A DNA stretch of 59,501 nucleotides, the filler included, from Sphacelaria rigidula (taxonomy: Eukaryota): assembly GCA_964200075.2 (NCBI GenBank). It is 10 parts of 10 records of this genome, joined end to end, with 100 filler letters (N's around TTAATTAATTAA, not from the genome) between each part and the next. Parts side by side here need not be neighbours in the genome. Positions count along the whole stretch, not along the records: positions 47,683 to 53,542 come from CAXNAA020023916.1; positions 53,643 to 59,501 come from CAXNAA020023917.1; 8 more parts are not named here. The stretch is one strand, 5' to 3'. Both the position numbers and the translations under genes were made by a program. The notes beneath the pieces were generated by a model. It saw only the letters and a list, made by a program, of their open reading frames with translations. It searched no databases and was not told the origin of the DNA. Of the stretch, positions 50,139 to 59,501 are shown in pieces (within the stretch, counting starts at the first letter, position 1; the number at the start of each line of letters is the position of its first letter).

Positions 50139-50585
50139 CAGCCGATCATCGAAATTGAGGATGGAGCTTTTCATTGAGGATGAGAACCCAGAGGATTCAA
50201 ATCTTCGTATCCACACCAAATCGTGGTGATATGGTTTTAGTCCTTCACCTCCTGGTAGCTATTGACAAGTAGTACACGTCATACAAATTTGGAGTTCGAT
50301 GACCGAGATGTTGGGGTCCTACTCATAAATGGAATAACCAATTTCGGGGAATTTTGGCGATCCGATCGGATCATCTGATTTCCCCCAAACTGTTCCCTCA
50401 TCTAGGACCCCAACATTTCGGTTATCGAAATCCAAATTTGTAGGTCGTGTAGCAGTTGCCAATAGCTACCAGGAGGTGAAGGAATTTACAATATTCCGAA
50501 GATTTGGTGTGGGTACGAAGATTTTGATGCTCCGGGTTCTCATCCTCAATGGAAAACTTCCATCCTCAATTTCGATGATCGGCTG
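50139..50585. mobile_element. Foldback/MITE family M1 copy 2, intronic
   Basis: Perfect 27-bp terminal inverted repeat CAGCCGATCATCGAAATTGAGGATGGA. Colinear with 2311-2747. Confidence 0.9.
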
Positions 50586-50801
50586 TGTGAAGCCGCATCT
50601 CATCATGAGCGATTGGCGGACCATGGTAGTACGCACAGTAATCCATACCCTCACTAAAAACCCCATTCGACCGCTCTGAGCTCAACTGTTCAATGATTGA
50701 GGCACCGTACACGAATAGAGGAGCCTGCCTCAAGGAGAAAATCTAATTGCTTTTTTATTGAATTCGGCATTTTCATGTCCTGCTGGCTTTCTGGTTATTA
50801 G

Positions 50802-50924
50802 GACCATGCTGAAGAAGTTCAGGCTCTGGTGCTGAGCCTCCGATCGAACGGCTTCATAGCCTATGTACCGGCGTTCGACGCCAAGGGTCCGGTGTACCTT
50901 TGCGACAGGGATGGTGAAGTGCAG
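50802..50924 (+). CDS. DIS3: DIS3/Rrp44-family exon, S1 domain start
   Basis: DHAEEVQALVLSLRSNGFIAYVPAFDAKGPVYL resembles the Rrp44 S1 segment EAYVxxVRxNGxxVxxPKYGxEGxVY. In frame with the previous exon. Confidence 0.78.
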
Positions 50925-50950
50925 GTGCGTCTCGATTTGGAGCACAGAGA

Positions 50951-51310
50951 GTATGTGTGTGTTGTCGTCCCATCTATTCTGAACGCCGGTCTACACCTTT
51001 CGGTATATGTGGGCGCACCAGCCGGGGTCACACAGGAGCAAGGATAACACAGGAGTTTTGTTTTTTTGTTCATTCTTAGAACCCCACCTTCCATCTGCGG
51101 TGCTTACCTTACATTTTTTATCGCGAGAGGGGTTCAGTAGTCCCTTTCCCCCGTCGACCGTCAAGTCGAATTTCATGTACCCACGACATAGTCGCTCTCC
51201 ACTGTTGGGCATGGTGTGACGAATAATCCCAGATCGCTCCGAGATCTGACCTTAAGACCCAACCGTCAGAAGGCTTCGGGGTTACCAACTGAGCCACCCG
51301 GGCGACCGGC
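50951..51310 (-). mobile_element. tRNA-derived SINE family S1, full-length, intronic
   Basis: Minus strand begins GCCGGTCGCCCGGGTGGCTCAGTTGG and ends in a CA-rich tail. Other copies at 24697-24942 and 47514-47582. Confidence 0.85.
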
Positions 51311-51601
51311 AATCATAAACTAAAGCAAAAAGAGCAACCTTCATAGTTGAAATGATAAGGTAGACGCACATGCGCGCCCGACCCCAGCGCATGTAGCCCT
51401 GGTGGACTGAATGAGGTATCAACAGAAGAAGAAATTCTATCAGACGAGCGTAGAGAGGTTCCTTTGGATGCGTGTTCGTCTCAAGCATGAGCCTATCGAC
51501 TGAATCTACTCCCAGCAGGAGGAAATCCCAACAGTCGAGCCTGGTCGGGTACATCAGGATGAGTGTCCGCTCTAAGCTTGACCTGTTGTTGGCCGAGGGA
51601 A

Positions 51602-51861
51602 ATACCTAGAGGACAAAAAAAGTACTCGAAGCGGAGCATGTACATTTCCACGAACTTGAACTACTGACTGGAACGAGTGTGCTTGCGGACCCATTTATCA
51701 AACGCTCCGGGTCCATCGGACCAAGTGCCGACGTATATACCTAGAGGACAAAAAAAGTACTCGAAGCGGAGCATGTACATTTCTACGAACTTGAAGTACT
51801 GACTGGAACGAGTGTGCTTGAGAACCCATTTATCAAACGCTCCGGGTCCATCAAATCAAGT
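51602..51861. repeat. Tandem duplication of a 135-bp unit
   Basis: ATACCTAGAGGACAAAAAAAGTACTCGAAGCGG... starts at 51602 and at 51737 with few mismatches. Confidence 0.9.
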
Positions 51862-53165
51862 TATTGACAAATGCTTACATCAGCCGCCAGCTAACACGGA
51901 TAGAGATCTGCGACTTGAAGTTTTCGGTCGAGGCTGCGGCATTGTGGTTGGCCTCCACGAAACAGCCGTCTCACAGGTAGTAATGACTAGTGTTTGATGT
52001 CGACGCCGACGGATGCACCAGTACGGCAGGTTACGCAGTACAGCAGCAGCATCTTGTATACCACCGGTACGCTGTTTAACACCTCCTCCTAGTGATCGTT
52101 CTCTGTAACTCCGATCTTGCAGCTAACCTCAACCTTGCTTTTGACATCATGTTGGTCTCTCTGCTACTACAGTTCCCCTGTTCCAGAAGTGAAGTTCGTT
52201 ACGGTCACACAGGTTCTTCACTGTGTCCGATTCAGTTTTCGCCTCTTTTTTTTCTCATTGACTTCCTCGGCGTTTCAGGTTTGAAATACTTTCGCATTTT
52301 ATTACAGTTCACATTTCCACCATGCGTCCGGACAGCTACAAAGAACAATCGGGCCGAAAATGTCCATATTTCGCCTTCACTTCGAGAGCGAACGTAACGG
52401 AAAACCCGGAAAAAGTGTTGAAAAACGCAAAAAAAAAGTCGTCGTTCTAGCTCATTTTACCGTACAGCGGCTAGCTACGCCTCGTCCCACACCACTTCGT
52501 TACGTCATGACACCTGCTGAACACAAAAAAAATGGCAAATACGCAAAAACTGGCGTACTTTGACAAAAACCATATTTGAAGTGACCAAAATCGGCCATAA
52601 TCGGGCCAACTCTGACCCGAGATTGCGCATTGGATTTTTGTTTTTATTTTCCCAGTTGCCATTTCTATCCATAACTATATCTTTTCAAGAAACGCATCTG
52701 TAGGATCGTGAGTACCTCCGCAGGGGAGGTACGATCTGCAACCCATACAGAGGGAGTGTCGGGGAACACATTGTTGACCACCTCTACCTCCATATGGCAC
52801 CTCCAGGTAATGGGTTTCCGCCGCCCAAACCTTACCACCACGGGGTGCTGTATTGTGTACCATACAGAGCTCGTTCGTTGTCACCCGCGTTTGTGTCTTA
52901 TGTCTATGTACGTTTCGTCGCTACTGTATATGCCAGGATCGCACCGAACATCTGTATATTCGTATGTATATACTCTTGTGTTTTCACCAGTACTACAGTA
53001 TTTTACTGCGTTGGCTATGATGTGAAAGTACCACATTGTGCCTTTTTCTATCCTGCACAAAATTACACATTCAATTTTTTTCGTCCATCTGGTTGCACCT
53101 GCGTCCGGCGTAACGCGGAAACTGTATAAACTACACCCGGTTATTCGTTGTCTGCTGTTCAACAG

Positions 53166-53321
53166 ATTGACCCAGGTTTGATCGGCCTGCCATCGAAGGC
53201 CGGAAGTCCGCCCTCACTGGCGTTTTCATCACTGCCTCGTTGCCGCACCATCCCCGGTGCCGTTGTGGCACTCACATCGAACACAGTCCAGCCCTGCGCT
53301 GGGCAGGAAACTACAGAAGAG
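53166..53321 (+). CDS. Probable further exon of the DIS3-family gene
   Basis: CAACAG acceptor, IDPGLIGLP...QETTEE in phase 0. Ends at GAG|GCGAGT (possible GC donor) or reads on to a stop at 53351. Confidence 0.5.
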
Positions 53322-53427
53322 GCGAGTGTGGAATTTTCGGGGTGTACTTGACGAGGTTGCAAGGTTTATCGGGTGCTGCGTCCACCAGTTGCGTTGGAGA
53401 AAGTCATCCCCCACTTCTACAGTGGCA

Positions 53428-53472
53428 TGGTCCGGCGAGAACCCGGCGTGCTCCGTCCCGGCTTTGTAGGGG
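53428..53472 (+). mobile_element. Fragment related to non-LTR-like subfamily B
   Basis: TGGTCCGGCGAGAACCCGGCGTGCTCCGTCCCGGCTTTGTAGGGG matches the minus strand of about 35620-35662 and 55055-55098. Confidence 0.55.
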
Positions 53473-54199
53473 CGGACCCCCGATGGGGTTGGCGCCGGTT
53501 GGCGATGACACTATGAAACACGCCACTCACTACGTAAGCTAGNNNNNNNNNNNNNNNNNNNNNNNNNNNNNNNNNNNNNNNNNNNNTTAATTAATTAANN
53601 NNNNNNNNNNNNNNNNNNNNNNNNNNNNNNNNNNNNNNNNNNCCTAACAATTCTAACCTCATAAATTATTTCTGTACCCCTACTGTAGCATCACTCTGGT
53701 ACAGTACGTATTGTATAGGAGACATGGGCACAAACATTACACTAATTTTACCTCACTACATCGATTACCTAACTATCTTATACAAGAAAAGGGGAATTGA
53801 CGACCAGATATAGATACATATGGATGGATAGAAGGATATGTATATATTTCTATATAGATATTCCTTGACGCAAAGATTCTCATACATATACATTATTTCA
53901 TGCAAAAAAAGGATAAACGCTGCGAACAAGGCAACGCTTGGCTTGTGTAATACCGAAAATGATATATATATATATATATATATGTAGAGAGAGAGAGAGC
54001 TATAGCTACATAAACGTGTGTGTGCGGAACACGCTACGAAATCTCAAGGATCTACGGGACGGCACAACAATCGTCGAGAAAGGTGCAAGCGACTGCTTCC
54101 CTTCTGACATGCACGTACAAGCGCGACTTACACACACACATGCGTGCATACTTTATATATATATGTGTGTATGTACTTTTTTTTCTCCCCCTTTCTCAC

Positions 54200-54435
54200 T
54201 TGAGAGGCACGGGTTGCATGGTCCTTTTCGCCTTCTCGTCCTCGTCCTCCGACATCGCCCGCCCTCGGCCCTTCGGTTTCTTTGGGGGCTCCGGCGCGGA
54301 CACGAGGTTATACAGGTAGCGCGCGTGGTCCTCGGTGGATTTCATCTCCTCACAGTACCAATCGAACGCCTTGTCCATGAACGCCTGGATCTTGCGATTG
54401 CCTCCCTTTCTGCTGCACCAAAACGTGTACTTTAC
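54200..54435 (-). CDS. Exon of probable BCS1-like AAA+ ATPase, region preceding the AAA domain
   Basis: VKYTFWC...KIQAFMDKAFDWYCEEMKSTEDHARYLYNL recalls the pre-AAA segment of protist BCS1-like proteins. ACCAG acceptor, GTGAGA donor. No Walker motifs in the window, so the product call is tentative. Confidence 0.6.
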
Positions 54436-54978
54436 CTGGTCGGGGTGGGGTAGGGTAGGCTGGGCTGGGGTCGGGAGTTGATCAAGACGCGGCATTCATT
54501 AGGCCATCGATCTGTCGACCCGTCGAGCCATGAATCGAACATGTGTTATGTGCTACGTGTCGTGAGAGGGAAATAACGACGTGTCGTGTCGGGTCCAAAG
54601 ACGCTCGGATCTAGCAAACGCTTGTCTGTGAAAAGGTGGACGATAACAGTAAGCGCGCTTCGGGCTGAAAAGCATTGGCAGGATGCAGGTCATCCTTCAT
54701 GCATGTTTTTGCCTTGAATCATGATTCTAACCCCTCGCCTTCCCCAGGACGAGTGTGTACGAAGTCTGAAGGGATCAACTCCATCTCTCTCCCAGTGCAT
54801 ACACATAATACATACATGCGTAACCCCGCTGCTTGTATAGGGAAGAACCCACGGATGCCCAACTATTACAAAAGAGGAGAGGAAAATAAAAAGACAAGCA
54901 CTGGATGATGTACGACAGGTCGCCAAGATAAATGCGTGCCGGCGTGAACGACGATGCGCCGGTGTTCCTCATAATTAA

Positions 54979-55098
54979 GGGAGGAGGGGGGGGGGGCAAG
55001 GGGGAGGTACTCATGACATTGCATGCCGTAGTCGGAAGACCATTGACTTCGCATCCCTACAGAGCCGGAACGGAGCACGCCGGATTTTTGCCGGACCA
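54979..55098 (-). mobile_element. C-tailed non-LTR-like element 3' end, subfamily B
   Basis: Minus strand reads ...CTGTAGGGATGCGAAGTCAATGGTC...CATGAGTACC followed by a C-rich tail. Confidence 0.75.
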
Positions 55099-55517
55099 GG
55101 CTCGCACTCAATCACCAAGCGCGAAGCGCCGTGATGTGTTCCGCGAGTCGCTTGAAGGGTGAGCTGCATCCTGCTGAGATTGTTCTGACCGAAGCGTACT
55201 GATAAGCTTGCATTCGGATGAAAGCCTCGGGTTATGCTGCCTCATGGGTGTCTGATCCTCTAAAACACGACGTAGTATCACCATCCCCTTTGCTGGGGGG
55301 GGGGGGATCTTCTATGTAGCACATATTGGTGTGCGTACATATGTAAACTGGTTGTATTGCAATAGCTAAACTGGGCATGGACACCCTCTGGTGCTTTTCT
55401 TTCACGGCGTTCTTGTACCTGCAGCTGGTGCACACTACGTCACCAGCAAGTACTGTACTCTCGAATGAACAACGCGTTAAAACGTACTTTCTGGCTGACT
55501 CAATTGATTCCACTAAC

Positions 55518-55586
55518 CTTTCTCCGGACGTGCTTGCTCCCGAAGCGGGTATCACCCTGACCGTCAGGTGTCCACAACCTTTTTTC
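55518..55586 (-). CDS. Probable small exon of the same contig 10 gene
   Basis: EKRLWTPDGQGDTRFGSKHVRRK. AG acceptor, AAG|GTTAGT donor, phase 0 on both sides. Confidence 0.45.
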
Positions 55587-55779
55587 CTTTGACCACAGTG
55601 CAGCGACACGGAGACACGCGAAACGTACGGGAGAAGACTGTTGACAAATCTCTCCATGATGACTCCCGAACACACACACATGTATATATATAGGGGCATT
55701 TGTGTATGGTCCTCCCCCAGCAGTCACCCCACCCCCGAAGGCAAAGAGTACAGAGTTGTTGGCAGTCACCCAGGCATTT

Positions 55780-56090
55780 CATCAAGATTATTCAATTATT
55801 ATATGCGTATTCAACCAAGAGTATTAAGCTATTATAGGAGTATTTGAGCAAGATTGTTCAACTAGGAGTATTAGGCCAAGGATGTTCAACCAGGAGTGTT
55901 TGACCGAGAGTATTCAACTAGGGGTATTAGACAGGAGTGTTTGACCAAGAATATTTATCAAGGAGTATTCAGCCAGTAACACTCAACTAGGAGTATTTTG
56001 TCAAGAATACTTCATAAGGAGCATTTGAGCAAGAGTATTTAATCCAGGGGCATTTAACTCAACACAAAGTATTCAACAGAAGAAAAGTAC
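55780..56090. repeat. Degenerate minisatellite (AGTATTCAACYAGG-like units)
   Basis: Recurring GAGTATT, TTCAAC and CAAGA motifs with roughly 14-17 bp spacing. Confidence 0.65.
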
Positions 56091-56530
56091 TTAACGCCTG
56101 AGCATACATACTTTTCCTAAACCGCGACGAGCCATAAAAAAGGAGTACTCGTACTCGTACCGTATCCTTGTTTCTCGCGGTTTGGCTACTGATATCTGCA
56201 GTCATCTCGATGCCATGTGCTGTACCTTACGGAGCATGTCAGAAACACGTCGATACTATATTACGAACCTACCCCCGCCCCCACTCCCCTCCCCGCCCGC
56301 CACCACATTCATGAGCCCCCTTCAGTTCCATTCCACGAAGAAAAATCTCGGAAATTCAGCGTAAGACAAACGCTAGATACGTTCACGACCAAGATACCAA
56401 AATTTTCTCACTATTTTTCATCAGTACCATCATCATCACTATCATCATAATCGTTTTTCCCCGTGAGGCTTTTGGTGCATGTGTTCGTTCGTTTGTTTCA
56501 TCGGGGGGCGGGGGCGGGGGGCGCGCGCGC

Positions 56531-56568
56531 GGGGGGGGGGTACCCATTTGTTGCTTGCCTGTCATTTG
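56531..56568 (-). mobile_element. Very short C-tailed tip, subfamily A
   Basis: Minus strand reads CAAATGACAGGCAAGCAACAAATGGGTA followed by C10. Confidence 0.6.
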
Positions 56569-56777
56569 TCAGACAGTTTTCCGTATCATCTTGTTCCATC
56601 GGGTGCGTTCCTTTTTTCATTACTCCGTATTAATGCCATGACATCAGCCTAATTACTACGAAACCGGTGCATCCACGCAAGGCGCATGTTACAATAATCA
56701 GATAATATATACATATATATATGTGCACCCATGTAGGGCACATGCTCCACAAACTTCCGTGCAGGTACTGTGTGTGA

Positions 56778-57352
56778 ACTTCCTCTATTTCATAAGTCTG
56801 TGCAGTTATGGGCGCTTCATCGTTAGAGTACTCCCACGTTGACGTTTATCCCGTACCCGGGTGCGTTAGAATCACAACGCGCATACCAAGCACACTAAAA
56901 AAAAAACGAAGGTGGTCTTCAACACTAAATGCAAGTCAAAATATTCCACATTTTGGCCCCCTATGTTGACCAATTTTGGGAGTTTTTACGTCGAGCACTA
57001 GCGATTGCATGCTAAAAGTTTGTTAGATGGTGCGTGCGTAGGTTAACGTCACGGAGATATCCGAAATCAATGGTGGTTTTGCGATTTTTTTTTTCTTCAC
57101 ATTTTCCCGCAATTTTTCGTGTTCCCGGGTCGCCTATGCTTGACTGGGAAAAAGAGCGAAAAATGGCCATATTTTGACCGACCCACTTTTTCTCGGCCGC
57201 GAGGCTGGGCGGGTCAAGCACCCACGTGGTAGAAAGACTGATACTCTTGCCTCAAAAAACGCCAACGAATGCATTAAAAAAAGAAAATCAAATTGGACAT
57301 CGTGAAGGGCTCATACAAATGTAACTGCACAGACTTGTGAAACATAGGAAGT
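56778..57352. mobile_element. Candidate MITE of about 575 bp
   Basis: ACTTCCTCTATTTCATAAGTCTGTGCAGTTA pairs with TAACTGCACAGACTTGTGAAACATAGGAAGT. Confidence 0.6.
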
Positions 57353-57612
57353 ATGTATACACACGTAAATGCCCGAATGCACGTAAATATAGATAGCTAT
57401 TTTCTTCTCTGTAATGCCGGACCGACAACCTTGCACTTTTTCTTCTGTGATTTCAGATGGTAACCGAAAAATAATACTACTGTCGTCGCACGAATATATA
57501 TATATATATATTATCGTGTATACATAGATGCAAGAACTCTACAGGTGTTCGGAGGGTTATAAAGCACTGCTATCTCTGCGTAGTGTTGACGTGCACAGCA
57601 ACTACGATCTAC

Positions 57613-57720
57613 CTTCCTGAAGTAGACACCGTTCTCTTTGTCCACCAACACCCATCTTCTATTCGCCGGCGACTCGTTGATCTTGTATCCCCGAAGTTGC
57701 TCGGCTGTCGAGCCGTACAC
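57613..57720 (-). CDS. Probable upstream exon of the contig 10 gene
   Basis: VYGSTAEQLRGYKINESPANRRWVLVDKENGVYFRK, AAG|GTAGAT donor. Acceptor position is less certain. Confidence 0.55.
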
Positions 57721-58540
57721 CTTATCCAGACGAGGGGGGGGGGGCGTGCGGGGAGGGGGGACAAAATCCATAAACTATTTCATCCCAACGGTCATTTGGA
57801 CATGAAGACGGTCACGACATCACGACAGAGCTGTGATCCTCTGAGTGGGTTTCTATTATTTGTTTTACTTTTAGAACACCATAACGTGTACGGTGATACA
57901 TAGTGTATACAGTATACACAGTACATCCATTATATATACATTAGACGACTTTCTCACATTACTTTTTTTATCTCGTCAAGTTATCGCCTATCGCTGGGAA
58001 AAAAAACAAGAAATAAATATCACACTACACTACAACAATAGTACTGTCGTACGGTCCAGTCGGGATTTGAACCGACCAACCTCGTAAGCATGACTGATGA
58101 TGATAATGATGATGACGACGATGATGATGTTCTACATTGACTGCCGAGGGGACGCGCTGGGTAGGACCAAAGATAGACACTTAAAATGGGGAGTCGTGTG
58201 TTGTTCTTGTTCTTCTCCCCTTGAGGAAGAAACAACTCAAAAACAATATCGGACAGATTGACGTTCATAACGCAAAGGAGAGAGACGCTGCACTCGCGAA
58301 TTCCGCATGTACCTTTGCTTGTTTCTGGGGAAAACAGGGTCTGTTTTTAACGTGTTTAACGGGCCGGTGTACTGTGCACTCACTAAAAAAAACTCGGTGA
58401 AATCAGATAGATGATACTCTCGTACTGGCAGGCTCGAGGTTTTCCCAGTAGTTTTGATTATGTAGTCTCAGGCGGTAACCTAATGGTACCATATATGTTT
58501 GTACTCTACATATATGTATACATAAATATATATAGATACA

Positions 58541-58678
58541 TCTATTAAACTGTCACAAAATATTAACGCACACAAAAACGCGACAAGTTAACGCCTAGCT
58601 CATCCAGCTTCTATTAAACTGTCACAAAATATTAACGGACACAATAACGCGACAAGTTAACGCCTAGCTCATCCAGCT
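58541..58678. repeat. Tandem duplication of a 69-bp unit
   Basis: TCTATTAAACTGTCACAAAATATTAACG...CATCCAGCT occurs twice with two mismatches. Confidence 0.9.
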
Positions 58679-59113
58679 TTGCAATTCAGCTTCGGAGTAT
58701 CGCCATCATCATCCTGCCCGTATCGGCCTTTGACGTCCAGGTCTCCATCAAGTGACAGGTTAATGATCATATTTATCCGTTACTCAAATACAGTAACTCA
58801 CCACCTTGGTGAGGCCCCAATCAGAAGGTCCGACCTTTTCTTCCGACGTCTTTTCCTTCACCGCGGAAAGCGAAGCGGCACACGAGTAATAGTGCAGCTC
58901 CAACTATACGCAGATACAAAATACAAGAGTACGGTTCAATGGTTCAATGAGTGGGAGAGGACCGCGGGGGGGGGGGGGGGGGGGGGAATATTTTTGACCT
59001 GCCTCGGTGTTCCTACAATTTGCCAACGATCCTTTTCCAGCGCAGGCGCCTTCCCCACCCNNNNNNNNNNGATAAGAAGGGACAAAAGAGAAGTATGGTG
59101 GTTGGTGGGTGGT

Positions 59114-59155
<42 letters not shown>

Positions 59156-59440
59156 ACTTATTTTGTGCCTGCCTCTGTCATCTGACAATTTACCACTCAT
59201 CCCTTTCGAGACGGAGCACCGTTCCCACTCCTAATAGAGACTTCGCCAACAATTGGGCACTCAAAAAGTCCCTACTTCCACACGTTACACACCAAAAACG
59301 TTCATGTATCGTGTTCCCTTCCTGTTTCGCTGCTGTTGCCACCATCTATCTCCCACTATACCGATCGCTTTCTGGCTACTGTCTAACGTGCCGAACTATT
59401 TCATTTGATATTCTTTTAGTTCCCACATTTCCCCATCGGA
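59114..59440 (-). mobile_element. Longest decayed copy of C-tailed non-LTR-like subfamily A
   Basis: Minus strand with stops and frameshift reads FGTLDSSQKAIGIVGDRWW...CNVWK*...VGEVSIRSGNGAPSRKG*VVNCQMTEAGTK*, then GTA and about C41. Confidence 0.75.
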
Positions 59441-59501
59441 GGATCGGGGTGTAGGATCGGGGGGGCGCCGGGTCATCAAAAAATAAACTTTCCTTTGCTT
59501 T

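Noticed and set aside
55780..56090. CRISPR-like array
   Set aside because: Units are short and degenerate with no unique spacers, the context is a eukaryotic intron, and no cas genes are present.

Overview
Eukaryotic, intron- and repeat-rich DNA. Exon/intron style, G/C homopolymers, the TTAGGG motif and the copia types suggest a stramenopile, probably a brown alga (inferred, not proven). The window is not one locus. It is ten unrelated, length-sorted contigs (5861, 5861, 7 x 5860 and 5859 bp) joined by an artificial 100-bp spacer (N44-TTAATTAATTAA-N44), so nothing should be linked across spacers. Recognisable host-gene exons are eIF3L, a DIS3/Rrp44-family exoribonuclease, a probable BCS1-like AAA+ ATPase, a multi-pass (7TM-like) membrane protein and two unknown genes. 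Mobile DNA includes three decayed Ty1/copia pieces, two tRNA-derived SINE families and several MITE/foldback elements, one with an 8-bp TSD (hAT-like) and one carrying an internal (TTAGGG)n tract. The most notable signal is about 13 5'-truncated copies of a non-LTR-like family whose putative ORF ends about 5 nt before a poly(C)/C-rich tail rather than poly(A). Its target-site duplications begin with a C-run, which suggests C-tail/G-tract-primed retrotransposition.
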